Of a DNA stretch of 64,000 nucleotides, positions 37,171-47,319 are shown one piece after another. Position 1 is the first letter of the stretch. The number at the start of each line of letters is the position of its first letter. The notes under the pieces are model-generated. The model was not told where the DNA came from. It saw only the letters and a program-made list of their open reading frames with translations, and ran no database searches. The stretch is from Actinomycetota bacterium (GTDB lineage: Bacteria > Actinomycetota > Acidimicrobiia > Spongiisociales > UBA5794): NCBI GenBank assembly GCA_013151445.1, contig JAADIG010000052.1:2-64001 (forward strand), given 5' to 3'. Made by a program: the position numbers and the translations under genes.

Positions 37171-39804
37171 TTACGCCACCGCCCCGGGTTTTCCATGACA
37201 GTGTTTATATTTCTTGCCCGATCCACAATGACATGGTTCGTTGCGCCCGATTTTGTCCTTGACACGAACTGTCGGGCGTTTCGTCGTCGGTCCAGATGTC
37301 TGGACATTCTTGGGGCGCTGGGGCTGCGTCCGCTGCTCAACCTTGACGTGATACACATAGCGAATTCCGTCGCGCTTGACGGAGTCCACAAGGGATGCGA
37401 ACGCGTCATACGCCTCATGTTGATATTCGACCAGGGGGTCTCGTTGCGCGAGGGCACGGAGTCCGATCCCCGACCGCAAGTAGTCCATCGCAGCTAGATG
37501 GTCACGCCACTTGTTGTCAATCACGGTGAGGATCACTGACCGCTCCAACTGGTGCAGCAAGTCCGTACCGAGTTCCTCCTCGCGAGCCTTGTACGCGTTC
37601 GCCGAGTCGGCGAGATACGCTTCGACGACATCATCCTCGGTCAGCACCTCCGGGTCGCCGAACGATTCCCTTGTCAATGACGCCGGGTAAAGCTGCGCCA
37701 TGTTGTTCTGGAGCTCTTCCCAGTCCCAATCGAACGGCTCAACACCCTGAATGATGAAGAGCACCTCTTCCTCGATGACCTCCTGCCTCCAGGTATCGAC
37801 GAGCGTCTTAGTATCGTCGTCCTGCAGAACCTGGTTTCGCCACTCATAGATGATCTTGCGCTGAGTGTTCATCACTTCGTCGTACTTCAGCACGTTTTTG
37901 CGAATCTCGAAGTTCTGTGACTCGACCTGAGTTTGTGCCCGCTCGATGGCCTTGGAGACCATGCTGGCTTCGATAGGGACATCGGGTGGGATCTTGAGCC
38001 GGGCCATGATCGACGCAACGCGCTCGTTGGCGAACCGACGCATCAGATCGTCGGTCAAAGAGAGATAGAAGCGGGACTCCCCCACGTCACCCTGGCGTCC
38101 GGAACGACCTCGCAGCTGGTTGTCGATACGGCGCGAGTCATGACGTTCGGTGCCCAGGACATAGAGTCCGCCGGCGTCAAGCACGATCTGTTTCTTGTCT
38201 GCGGTTTCCTTGGTAAACCTGTCGATTGCGGTCGCAAGAAGTGCCGGGTAATCCTCGGAGTCCGTCTCGACCCCCTGACGCCGTAGCTCCTGCTCGGCGA
38301 GCGCTTCGGGGTTACCACCGAGCTGGATGTCAACACCACGTCCCGCCATGTTGGTTGCGACCGTGACCGAACCCGGCTGACCGGCCTGGGCAACGATTAC
38401 ACCCTCATTGGCGTGCTGTTTGGCGTTGAGAACTTGATGTTTCACGCCGTTGCGATCGAGGTAGCTCGACAGCAGTTCGGATTTTTCGATGGAGATCGTG
38501 CCAACCAGAATCGGCTGCTGGGCGGCGTGCCGTGCAACAATATCTGCCACCAACGCGTCGAACTTCGCGTCCTCGTTGACGTACACAAGGTCCGGTTGGT
38601 CGGCGCGCGCAATCTCACGATTCGTTGGCACGACAACGACGTCAAGATCGTAGATCTCCTTGAACTCACCCTGTTCGGTGATCGCCGTACCCGTCATCCC
38701 CGCAAGCTTTTCGTACATGCGGAAGTAGTTCTGCAGGGTGATCGTCGCAAGCGTCTGGTTCTCTTCCTTGACCCGGACGCCTTCTTTGGCTTCGATCGCC
38801 TGATGTTGTCCTTCCGAGTACCGCCGGCCCTCAAGGACACGTCCGGTGAATTCGTCGACGATCATCACCTCACCGTCCTTGATGAGGTAGTCAACGTCCA
38901 GCTCGTAGAGTTCCTTTGCCTTCAGCGCGACATCGAGATGCTGAATCATGTCGACGTTGGCGAAGTCATACATGTTTTCGATGCCGAGGATTTCCTCGAC
39001 TCGATGGACACCCTCTTCTGTGGTGATTACCTGACGCTTCTTCTCGTCGACTTCATAGTGAACGTCACGTCTCAGGGTCTTGGCGATACGGGCAAACTCC
39101 TTGTACCACTTACCCGACTCGCCGACGATGCCGGAAATAATGAGCGGAGTTCGTGCTTCGTCGATGAGGATCGAGTCAACCTCATCGATAATCGCGTAGG
39201 CGTGCCCGCGCTGGACCATGTTCTCGGGCCGCATTGCCATGTTGTCGCGGAGATAATCGAAACCAAATTCGTTGTTCGTGCCATGCGTAATATCTGCTTC
39301 GTACGCTGGACGACGCTCCTGGGGAGTCATCGATCCCTGGATGAGGCCAACCTTGATCCCAAGGAACTCGTGGACACGACCCATCCATTGGGCATCGCGC
39401 GCGGCAAGGTAATCGTTCACGGTCACGATATGGACCCCGCGCCCGGTGAGGGCGTTCGCGTAGGCTGGCATTGTTCCAGCAAGGGTCTTTCCCTCTCCCG
39501 TACGCATCTCGGCGATCATGCCCCGGTTTAGGGCACCAGCACCGACTATCTGGACGTCGTAGTGACGCTGCCCGAGGACACGTTTTGCGGCCTCACGAAC
39601 GACGGCGAACGCCTCGACCTCAATGTCGGCGACCGTGGCGCCGTTGGCGATACGGTCACGGAATTCCGTGGTCTTGGCACGCAGTTCGTCGTCGGTGAGG
39701 TCAACGACACCAGGCTCGGCGGCATTGACGGCGTTGACAAGAACTTGAAGTTGCTTAAGCGGCTTGCCTTCACCAAAACTCAAGACTCTGTTGAAAATTG
39801 ACAT
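37171..39804 (-). CDS. secA: Preprotein translocase ATPase SecA
   Basis: MSIFNRVLSFGEGK start, DEAD-motor motifs and the C-terminal zinc finger CHCGSGKKYKHCHG. The upstream part of the 1082-aa ORF is Arg-rich shadow overlapping the next gene. Confidence 0.9.
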   Translation of the reverse strand: MSIFNRVLSFGEGKPLKQLQVLVNAVNAAEPGVVDLTDDELRAKTTEFRDRIANGATVADIEVEAFAVVREAAKRVLGQRHYDVQIVGAGALNRGMIAEMRTGEGKTLAGTMPAYANALTGRGVHIVTVNDYLAARDAQWMGRVHEFLGIKVGLIQGSMTPQERRPAYEADITHGTNNEFGFDYLRDNMAMRPENMVQRGHAYAIIDEVDSILIDEARTPLIISGIVGESGKWYKEFARIAKTLRRDVHYEVDEKKRQVITTEEGVHRVEEILGIENMYDFANVDMIQHLDVALKAKELYELDVDYLIKDGEVMIVDEFTGRVLEGRRYSEGQHQAIEAKEGVRVKEENQTLATITLQNYFRMYEKLAGMTGTAITEQGEFKEIYDLDVVVVPTNREIARADQPDLVYVNEDAKFDALVADIVARHAAQQPILVGTISIEKSELLSSYLDRNGVKHQVLNAKQHANEGVIVAQAGQPGSVTVATNMAGRGVDIQLGGNPEALAEQELRRQGVETDSEDYPALLATAIDRFTKETADKKQIVLDAGGLYVLGTERHDSRRIDNQLRGRSGRQGDVGESRFYLSLTDDLMRRFANERVASIMARLKIPPDVPIEASMVSKAIERAQTQVESQNFEIRKNVLKYDEVMNTQRKIIYEWRNQVLQDDDTKTLVDTWRQEVIEEEVLFIIQGVEPFDWDWEELQNNMAQLYPASLTRESFGDPEVLTEDDVVEAYLADSANAYKAREEELGTDLLHQLERSVILTVIDNKWRDHLAAMDYLRSGIGLRALAQRDPLVEYQHEAYDAFASLVDSVKRDGIRYVYHVKVEQRTQPQRPKNVQTSGPTTKRPTVRVKDKIGRNEPCHCGSGKKYKHCHGKPGAVA

Positions 39805-39845
39805 GAGGTAGCAATTGTAGAGCGCTCCGAGGCTATCGGAGCGCC

Positions 39846-41189
39846 TTAACTCTGTGCCGGCGAGTTTGACCGCGCAATCGTCTCCAACAACGTCGCCGGG
39901 TCGAAGTCGGCCTGCTGTGGCAGCAGCTGAACAGCGACGTCGCTCACGTTGATAACCAAAGGTTCGGGGCTGATCTCGGCACCCTTGGTATCGCGTACGA
40001 TGAACGTGGCGAGCGGTGCGTCGGGCTCCGTGGGGCGCTCTGCAACCACCACCGTCTCGCCGGTCTTCAGCCGGAGGATTGAACCGGGAGGGAACACACC
40101 CATCATGGAAATGAACGCCTTGACGACGTCGGGATCGTACGAGGAACCGGCGGCACCGAGCACAACGTCGAGAGCGCGAGCTGGCGTCTCTGCCCTTCGA
40201 TATGACCGGCGTGTCGTTATTGCATCGTAGGTGTCGACCACAGATACGATTCGAGAAAATATGTGGGGCCGGCGAGTTCTGCGATAGCTGGGGTAACCCT
40301 GACCATCGAAACGGGCGTGGTGCTCCAATGCGACCGTCGCGGCGATTTCGTTGCCCTCTCCCCCGGCCGCAAGAATCGCAAGAGCACCCTCTTGGGGATG
40401 GAGCTGGATCTCCTTCCATTGACCATCGTCAAGACGCCCAGGCCAGTTGAGGGTGGCTGCCGAGACCGCTACTTTCCCGATGTCATGGAGCACGGCACCG
40501 ACGCCGACCGGTACCAAACTCTCCTTGTCGACACCGATCATCCGACCCGTTGCGAGAGCGAGAATGCACGTGTTCACGGAATGAAAGAACGTGTACTCGT
40601 CGTGACTCTTCACGGTCGACAACAACAAAGACGCACTGGAATGGGATACGGCGTGTTCAAACAATCCCTCGACTGCATCAACAACCGCGGACAGCTCGAT
40701 CGCCCCCTGGCTTGCCATTGAGCTCGTGACGCCGCGTAGAGCGTCGATGCCGTCGGTATATGACCGGCGCACCGCTGACATCGATGATTCCTCGGGTTCC
40801 AAACCGGACAGGGAGTAGTCATTGAGTCGGACGGTGCCATCCGCCGGTAGGTCGTCAGAGGAACCGCCAATAAACGCGGCGAGATCTTCAAGGTCGTCGT
40901 GCGATAGGGGCGCTTCGAGGGTTATCGAGTCAATGCCCCGTGCCTGCATGTCACGCAGAAGCACGTGATACTCCAACGAGGTATGCGGCAGCACAATACG
41001 ATCGAGATAAAACGCCGAGTCAAAAATCGCAATATCGGTCCGACCGACACCGGATAGGAGCTCTGCGGCCGCAGTTTCGGCGGTGATGGCCGCCTCCACA
41101 GTCAACGGATGGGCGACCGGGTACAGGCTCAGCTGGCGCATCAACCGGCGCAACGCCCGTAGAAAATGGCTGACCTCACGTTCCTTCAT
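39846..41189 (-). CDS. HD-GYP domain protein (predicted c-di-GMP phosphodiesterase) with N-terminal domain of unknown function
   Basis: HDIGK … HHARFDGQGYP motifs. Confidence 0.8.
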   Translation of the reverse strand: MKEREVSHFLRALRRLMRQLSLYPVAHPLTVEAAITAETAAAELLSGVGRTDIAIFDSAFYLDRIVLPHTSLEYHVLLRDMQARGIDSITLEAPLSHDDLEDLAAFIGGSSDDLPADGTVRLNDYSLSGLEPEESSMSAVRRSYTDGIDALRGVTSSMASQGAIELSAVVDAVEGLFEHAVSHSSASLLLSTVKSHDEYTFFHSVNTCILALATGRMIGVDKESLVPVGVGAVLHDIGKVAVSAATLNWPGRLDDGQWKEIQLHPQEGALAILAAGGEGNEIAATVALEHHARFDGQGYPSYRRTRRPHIFSRIVSVVDTYDAITTRRSYRRAETPARALDVVLGAAGSSYDPDVVKAFISMMGVFPPGSILRLKTGETVVVAERPTEPDAPLATFIVRDTKGAEISPEPLVINVSDVAVQLLPQQADFDPATLLETIARSNSPAQS

Positions 41190-43150
41190 AACTGTCCCAA
41201 ACTCTCACGAGCCGCATCGCGGAACGCTCGCGTCTGGCTACTGAGGGTGAACCGTTTCGATGCGAAACCCTTCAGGGTCTCGCGGCCGAGCTCCGTGTTG
41301 CGGCTCCCGAGAATCTTGATGACCTGAATTGCGACTTCCGGACGTAGACGTTCCTTGGCAAGCTCATCAGTAAGCAACTGGTCAAGGTCGTCCGCCTCGT
41401 TTGACCGCAGGAGGGATGCTCCCGTCTGACGAACCCGCTCGTTTTCGTCACCGAGGCTACGAATCAGGATCGGAGCCGCGTTCTGGCGCATGAGTCTCAC
41501 CAGGCTACGCAGCACCTCGACGCGGACACGGTACTCCTCGTGGGATAACAGGCGCCGCAGACCTGGGACAGCAGCGTCGCGGTCCGTCTTCCCGAGGACA
41601 ATCGCGAGGTTGCGAATCACGTACCAGGGTTGATGGTTCAAGTAGTCGTCGAGTACACGTGGGTTGCGGTTTGCGGACGCCGCGAGCAACTCCGTGATGG
41701 CGCGGCGCACCTGGCCGTCTTCTTCCATGGCAAGGTGCTGGACAAGGGGGTCAACGGCCGCGATACCAAAGTCAGCGAACAGGTCGAGTGCACCCTGATC
41801 CGGGTTGGACCCACCACTCACCTCGATCACCGTACGAACGGTTTCTGGCGTCAAGATTCGGGCAACACCCTCGTGGACAATGCCGGTTCGGTCGTGGGAG
41901 TACGACGGGTCCGAAAGAACTGCCGCGACAAAAACCCGGGCGCTCGAGAGATCGGAGGCACGAAGCAGACGCACGACCCGCCCACCCCAGACACGGACGA
42001 CTCTGTAGAACCGATCATCGCGGTACTCGCATTCGAGCAGCGCCCGCAGAGTCGCCCGCGCAAGTACGTCGTAGTCGATGGGAACCTGCATCTCGTCACG
42101 CAACGCAACAAGGGTGTCTCCCATCTCCTGTTGAGAAACATCCGTCACGACCGCGGATACGCGGGCCGCGACAGCCATGCGTTTGGCTTCGACATCTCGC
42201 GAAGATTCCAGGCCCTCGAGCAGATCGGCCGGCGATGCAGATGAGTCAAACGAAGCCAGCTCGGCGTATTCCAGGAGAAGTTTGCGACCTCGCTCACTCA
42301 GGTCGGGGAGGAATGCAGACAATTCGGCACCGGTGAACTGGTCGAGGAACACTTGATGCCGTTCGTCTTTGAGCCGTTCCAGAGACCGCTCCATAACCTC
42401 AAGTTGCACGTTGTGGGGAAGATAGAAGAAGGACTCGATGAACGTACGAAACCCCTTCCATACATCAACCTCTCCCTGGCGGAGCGTCGCAATCATTGCC
42501 TTGGGGCGCGCCGCCAACGGCCATGCCGTTGTGTGGAGTTCTTCGATCCCACCCATGAACTCGTCGGCAGGATCCGCCTCGCCTGCGAGTACGACTGTGG
42601 CAATGTCGACGGGGTCTTCACCACGTTGCGCGGCGGCCGCAGCCGCGATCGTCATGTTTGCGTAGTCGCCTTCTTCGTCGTCCCCATTTTCCTCATCGAG
42701 CTCACCCCCGCCCTCGACAAACGAAAGCAGGCCCCGCTCGAAAACCTCGACCCCACCCAGACCCAGCGCACGCACCACCGCATGGGCGCCCCCTTCTGTG
42801 CGTACCTCGTCATCACTGGTGGCGATAACAGCAAAGAATTCGATCAGGGCCTGGGCCGAGATCGATGCGTTGAAACGAAGAAACTCGATGTCATGCACGA
42901 ACAATTCGCGAGCAAGACGTTCGGCACCCTCGCGAGTCTCCACTTCGTCGCCGGAATCGTCGAGAAAGATCCCCGGACCGACACTAACTGTGACCGGAGA
43001 TTCGAGATCGCGCAACACGTCGAGTGCACGCGTGAATGCCGGTTGACTCCCGGGGTCTGGGTACAACGAGAAGGTCGTCCACGCCGTCCCGACCGCATCG
43101 AGAACGGCCTTGAGCTCACCCGCGGATGATTCCGGCTCTACGGCCCACAT
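41186..43150 (-). CDS. HEAT/PBS-lyase repeat protein (hypothetical)
   Basis: 654 aa with an acidic patch and C-terminal HEAT-like repeats (…VIRNLAIVLGKTDRDAAVPGLRRLLSHEEYRVRVEVLRSL…). Overlaps HD-GYP start by 4 nt. Confidence 0.6.
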   Translation of the reverse strand: MWAVEPESSAGELKAVLDAVGTAWTTFSLYPDPGSQPAFTRALDVLRDLESPVTVSVGPGIFLDDSGDEVETREGAERLARELFVHDIEFLRFNASISAQALIEFFAVIATSDDEVRTEGGAHAVVRALGLGGVEVFERGLLSFVEGGGELDEENGDDEEGDYANMTIAAAAAAQRGEDPVDIATVVLAGEADPADEFMGGIEELHTTAWPLAARPKAMIATLRQGEVDVWKGFRTFIESFFYLPHNVQLEVMERSLERLKDERHQVFLDQFTGAELSAFLPDLSERGRKLLLEYAELASFDSSASPADLLEGLESSRDVEAKRMAVAARVSAVVTDVSQQEMGDTLVALRDEMQVPIDYDVLARATLRALLECEYRDDRFYRVVRVWGGRVVRLLRASDLSSARVFVAAVLSDPSYSHDRTGIVHEGVARILTPETVRTVIEVSGGSNPDQGALDLFADFGIAAVDPLVQHLAMEEDGQVRRAITELLAASANRNPRVLDDYLNHQPWYVIRNLAIVLGKTDRDAAVPGLRRLLSHEEYRVRVEVLRSLVRLMRQNAAPILIRSLGDENERVRQTGASLLRSNEADDLDQLLTDELAKERLRPEVAIQVIKILGSRNTELGRETLKGFASKRFTLSSQTRAFRDAARESLGQL

Positions 43151-43156
43151 AGCCGA

Positions 43157-43807
43157 CTACCCGATTGAAATGAGATTCTCGCGCACTGCATAGAGCACCG
43201 CTTCGTTGCGCGAGTGCAAACCCAGCTTGTCGAGAATGTTCCGGATATGGTTCTTGACTGTGTTCTCCGAGATAAACAATGATTCCCCTATCGACCGTGA
43301 GGTCATCCCCTTTGCAACTAACTGCAATACCTCGATCTCACGTCCGGTCAAGGTGGGTTTCCGAGCCTGCAGAAGCTCCTGATGACGCAGCAGCACACGA
43401 CAGACGTCGAATAACTTTCCGGCCATCTGCGACGAGATCACCGCACCCCCATCGACAACTGCGCCAATCGACTCGACCAGCTTGTCGAACGGTGTGTCTT
43501 TGACGATGTAACCTCGAGCGCCGCTCTTGAGTGCGGACAGCATGTCTTCTTCGCTCTCCGATCCGGTGAGCAGAACAACCTGGCAACCCGGGGCCACCGC
43601 AGTGATTTTCTCGACAACTTCGAGCCCAGAAATACCCGGCATCAACACATCGAGCAGGACGATGTCGGGTTGAAACTGCTCGGCGCTCGCGACCGACCCC
43701 TCCGCGGTGTCGGCTTCGCCGACCACGTCAAAACCGGCACCTCGCAATGCGGAGGTCAGTCCGGCTCGGAAAAGGGGTACGTCATCAACGACGAGCAGTC
43801 TGGTCAT
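43157..43807 (-). CDS. NarL/FixJ-family response regulator (REC + LuxR HTH)
   Basis: LLVVDDVP…D(55)VLMPG receiver domain and a C-terminal LuxR HTH (LTGREIEVLQLVAKGMTSRSIGESLFISENTVKNH). Confidence 0.85.
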   Translation of the reverse strand: MTRLLVVDDVPLFRAGLTSALRGAGFDVVGEADTAEGSVASAEQFQPDIVLLDVLMPGISGLEVVEKITAVAPGCQVVLLTGSESEEDMLSALKSGARGYIVKDTPFDKLVESIGAVVDGGAVISSQMAGKLFDVCRVLLRHQELLQARKPTLTGREIEVLQLVAKGMTSRSIGESLFISENTVKNHIRNILDKLGLHSRNEAVLYAVRENLISIG

Positions 43808-44352
43808 GTTGGTTCAATCAGTCCTAGAGATCCGTCACGACGGTGGTACAGCACACAATGTTTGCCGGTATCGGCGTCCAGAAAGAAGAAAAAAGCGTGA
43901 CCTAACATCTCCATCTGAAGCACAGCCTCCTCAACTAACATTGGCCTCATTTCGAACCGTTTGGTCCTTACGACCGCTGGCCCTCCGTCATGATCATCAT
44001 CGGGAAGCTGGTCGACGGCATTGAGATGTTTCTTTTCGGCATTTCGCGAACGTTGGTAGAGGCGTTCCTTGAGCCGGCGAAGCTGACGCTCGAACTTTTC
44101 GAGCGCAATGTCAAGAGCGGCGACATCGTCCGGCGCACTCGACTCCACACGAACCGTATGACCAGCCTGGTGGGTCGTGATTTCCACCTTGAACTTTTCA
44201 TTCACGAGACGAGGATTGTGCTCCTGGGTGAACTCGACATCCGTTGACCCCCCGGTATTGAAGATCCGGCCCGCGTGCCTCACCTTCTCCTCGGCGATCT
44301 CACGAACATGGTCCCGTACCTGCATATTGCTGCCGTGCACTCGAACGTTCAC
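43804..44352 (-). CDS. hpf: Ribosome hibernation promoting factor (long HPF)
   Basis: RaiA/HPF N-domain (…EVTPALRE-like, KFERQLRRLKER) plus C-terminal dimerisation domain. Probable GTG start. Stop overlaps RR start (ATGA). Confidence 0.75.
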   Translation of the reverse strand: MNVRVHGSNMQVRDHVREIAEEKVRHAGRIFNTGGSTDVEFTQEHNPRLVNEKFKVEITTHQAGHTVRVESSAPDDVAALDIALEKFERQLRRLKERLYQRSRNAEKKHLNAVDQLPDDDHDGGPAVVRTKRFEMRPMLVEEAVLQMEMLGHAFFFFLDADTGKHCVLYHRRDGSLGLIEPT

Positions 44353-44491
44353 TGGGTCTCCTTTCGGGAGCGAAAACCCGCGCCACACAACCGCGCGGGC
44401 ACTGGGAGAATGCGATCAAACGAGGCGCTGCTAGACGCAGGGCGGGCCCTTGGCCTCAACACGCTCGGCTTCTCAGCCACGCCGCCTCCTT

Positions 44492-45088
44492 TTAATGATC
44501 GTCGCTGTGACGATCTCTCGCGCTTCCTATTTTAGCGGATGCGGTGGCTAATAGCGCACCGACGACGTGGCCTGTGATCGACTGGACAGCACTGTCGATC
44601 GTGAGTCCAGTCGTCACGACATCATCGACCAGCAAGGCGCCATCAGGTACGGTTCGGATCGGTGTAAAACGAACGGTCGCACGATGGCCTGTACCGGCGT
44701 GGCTCGGCCACCACACGGAGGCAGCGAACGCGTGTATGACCGGTAGCCCGACGATGCGCCCCACGGAGTGAGCGAGTTCGACCGCAGGATCGACGCCGTA
44801 TCGAACACGACGCAGCACCGACCGTGGCAGCGGTACCAGGACCCGAGCCTCTCCCGGGACTAGGGCTGCCATCGGGTTCGCCAGGAGCGTCGCATTGCGC
44901 ACCGCAGCGCGGTACTTCAACTCGTGTACTAACAATCGTGCGGTGCCCTCGTGCCTGAATGCCGCCCGGGCAAGCACCCCGGCGGGTGTTATCCGTTCTG
45001 GTGCCAACTGCAACGACTGCCGACACGACTCACACAGCGGCCCCGCACCCCATGCCCCACAGGCTGCGCACATCGGAATACTCACCAT
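44492..45088 (-). CDS. ComF-family phosphoribosyltransferase-domain protein
   Basis: N-terminal Cys-x2-Cys pairs and a C-terminal PRTase motif LLVDDVVTTGLT. Confidence 0.75.
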   Translation of the reverse strand: MVSIPMCAACGAWGAGPLCESCRQSLQLAPERITPAGVLARAAFRHEGTARLLVHELKYRAAVRNATLLANPMAALVPGEARVLVPLPRSVLRRVRYGVDPAVELAHSVGRIVGLPVIHAFAASVWWPSHAGTGHRATVRFTPIRTVPDGALLVDDVVTTGLTIDSAVQSITGHVVGALLATASAKIGSARDRHSDDH

Positions 45089-45219
45089 ACCGACACCCTA
45101 TCGGTGGTTCGGGGTGGTAACTAGTGCCCCGACGAATCTGGAAACCACTACGTCGAACGGTTGGGAAACTACTCAGCGTGGTCTATTGTGACTTTGGGTA
45201 GTTGAAAGGAAGGCATAGA

Positions 45220-47097
45220 GTGACCTTTGACGTCGCAGCAACACGCGAGAAGAACAGACAACGACGCCTCGCACGACTTCTCGTCGTTCTTGCGCCATTG
45301 GCAGCATGGGTTTGGACCCGGCACATCATGCAGCGCAACCCGATCAGTCCCGGTTTCCCCAATCTGGGGCCGGACGCCATTCTCTGGGTCCCCGGACTCG
45401 GGATCGTTCTGGTGCTCGCCCTGGTATTGATTCTTCCGATGAAGGGCAACAGCAAATCGCCGCACACGATCTACCTGCCGGAACAGATCGATGTCAGCTT
45501 TTCTGATGTCAAGGGTCTGGGCAACGTGAGCCGCGAGGTCCAACACACACTTGAGGTTTTCCTCAACCACAAACGCTTCCGCGAAGAGATGGGGGGAAAT
45601 CCTCGCCGCGGTGTGCTTTTCGAGGGCCCTCCCGGGACGGGCAAAACCCACGTCGCCAAGGCGCTCGCGGCGGAGGCTGGCGTGCCATTTCTCTATGTGT
45701 CATCGACCGCGTTTCAGTCCATGTGGTACGGCGCCACGGCACGCAAGATTCGCAGTTACTTCCGCGATCTCCGCAAGATTGCCCGCGAGCACGGTGGTGC
45801 AATCGGATTCATTGAAGAGATCGATGCCATTGCCCTCAAGCGGGGTGCCATGTCAGGTTTCACACCACGGACAGAATCCGCCGGTTCAGTGGTCAACCGC
45901 AACGCCATGTCATCGGGGACGGGTGGCGTGGTCAACGAGCTTCTGATTCAAATGCAGTCGTTTGATGAGCCAACACGGCGCATCAGATTCAAGAACTGGT
46001 TCATTCGCCTGGCGAACGGCTACCTGCCAGCCCACCGTCAGATCAAGACCGCAGTACCGGGCTTTGCGAACGTTCTCTTGATCGGGGCAACCAACCGTGC
46101 CGATGCGCTCGATCCGGCGCTACTGCGACCCGGACGTTTTGATCGGATCCTTCATTTCGGACTCCCCAACCAGGTGGACCGCATGGAACTCGTCGAGTAC
46201 TTCATGGCTTCGCGATCACACGTTGCCGGTCTCGCCGCACCGAATCGCATCAAAGCAACCGCTGCCCGCACGATGGGCTACAGCCCGGCATCGCTTGAGA
46301 GGCTCTTCGACGAGGCACTCCTCGTCGCGTTGCGCGATGGTCGCAAGGAATTCACGGAGAATGATCTCCATCAGGCCCAAATGGAAGTCGAGATCGGTCT
46401 TCCCAACCCAACGGTGTACACCCCCGAGGATCGCGAAACCGTAGCAACACATGAGGCGGGGCATGCCGCGGTCGCGTACCTTGTTGGCAAGAATCGCCGT
46501 CTTGAGGTGCTCTCGATCGTCAAACGCAAGGACAGCCTGGGACTTTTGAGCCATCGAGACGTCGACGAACGCCACGGCAATACACATTCAGAAATGGTCG
46601 CCAGCCTGCAAATATCTCTTGGCGGCATGGTGGCTGAAGAAGAATTCTTCCACGAGTCCGGTACCGGTCCATCGGGAGATCTCAAGGCAGCAACCACGAC
46701 TGCGTGCATGATGGTCGGGGTCTACGGACTCGGCGATTCTCTCGCTTCCTTCCTCGCCGTTCCGGACTCCCCGCTCGCCTCCTCCCTCGTCGGGCGGGTA
46801 CTCGACAACCCGGGCGCAAAGGCCGAAGTCGAGACGATCCTGGCATCCGCCAAGACGCAGACATCGGATCTCATCCGCGACCACCGCTACCTTGTCGAGG
46901 CACTGCGCGACGCCTTGCTGGAGCGTGAGGAGCTGATCGGTGACGAAATCCTTGAAGTCCTCAGACTCGCCGAGACCCAGGCCCTGAAGTCGGGAAGGGT
47001 CGTCGTGCAGTTATCGGACGACGGAGCCGACATCGTCGAACCTGCCAAGGACATCAACCTGTTCAAGGCGCAAGCTCCGCGAGAGCAACCGAACTAG
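45220..47097 (+). CDS. FtsH-like AAA+/M41 zinc metalloprotease paralog
   Basis: SD AAGGAAGG before a GTG start. Two TMs without a periplasmic domain. Walker A GPPGTGKT, second-region-of-homology LLRPGRFDR and the M41 motif HEAGHA. Confidence 0.8.
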   Translation: MTFDVAATREKNRQRRLARLLVVLAPLAAWVWTRHIMQRNPISPGFPNLGPDAILWVPGLGIVLVLALVLILPMKGNSKSPHTIYLPEQIDVSFSDVKGLGNVSREVQHTLEVFLNHKRFREEMGGNPRRGVLFEGPPGTGKTHVAKALAAEAGVPFLYVSSTAFQSMWYGATARKIRSYFRDLRKIAREHGGAIGFIEEIDAIALKRGAMSGFTPRTESAGSVVNRNAMSSGTGGVVNELLIQMQSFDEPTRRIRFKNWFIRLANGYLPAHRQIKTAVPGFANVLLIGATNRADALDPALLRPGRFDRILHFGLPNQVDRMELVEYFMASRSHVAGLAAPNRIKATAARTMGYSPASLERLFDEALLVALRDGRKEFTENDLHQAQMEVEIGLPNPTVYTPEDRETVATHEAGHAAVAYLVGKNRRLEVLSIVKRKDSLGLLSHRDVDERHGNTHSEMVASLQISLGGMVAEEEFFHESGTGPSGDLKAATTTACMMVGVYGLGDSLASFLAVPDSPLASSLVGRVLDNPGAKAEVETILASAKTQTSDLIRDHRYLVEALRDALLEREELIGDEILEVLRLAETQALKSGRVVVQLSDDGADIVEPAKDINLFKAQAPREQPN

Positions 47098-47139
47098 GCA
47101 GCTAGCGATACCGCTGGGTCTACGTGCGGCGGTCGGTGG

Positions 47140-47283
47140 TTACGACTCGCGCGGCGTTGCCTCGTCAACAAGCATCACGGGTATCCCGTCGCGTACCGGA
47201 TATGCAAGGCCGCATGACGCACAGACGAGGGCAGCGCGCTCGGCGTTCTCACCGAGGTCGCCGTGACAGGCTGGGCATTGCAT
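47140..47283 (-). CDS. Trm112/YcaR-like small zinc-ribbon protein (not in ORF track, 47 aa)
   Basis: Minus-strand translation MQCPACHGDLGENAERAALVCASCGLAYPVRDGIPVMLVDEATPRES*, the classic Trm112-like pattern. Confidence 0.55.
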   Translation of the reverse strand: MQCPACHGDLGENAERAALVCASCGLAYPVRDGIPVMLVDEATPRES

Positions 47284-47319
47284 GATCGCTAATAGTTCGG
47301 GGGTAATAAGTGGCATCGT

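Noticed and set aside
37126-40419. Upstream 205 codons of the 1082-aa 'SecA' ORF
   Set aside because: Arg-rich, overlaps the HD-GYP gene, and SecA homology starts at MSIFNRVLSFGEGK (39804).
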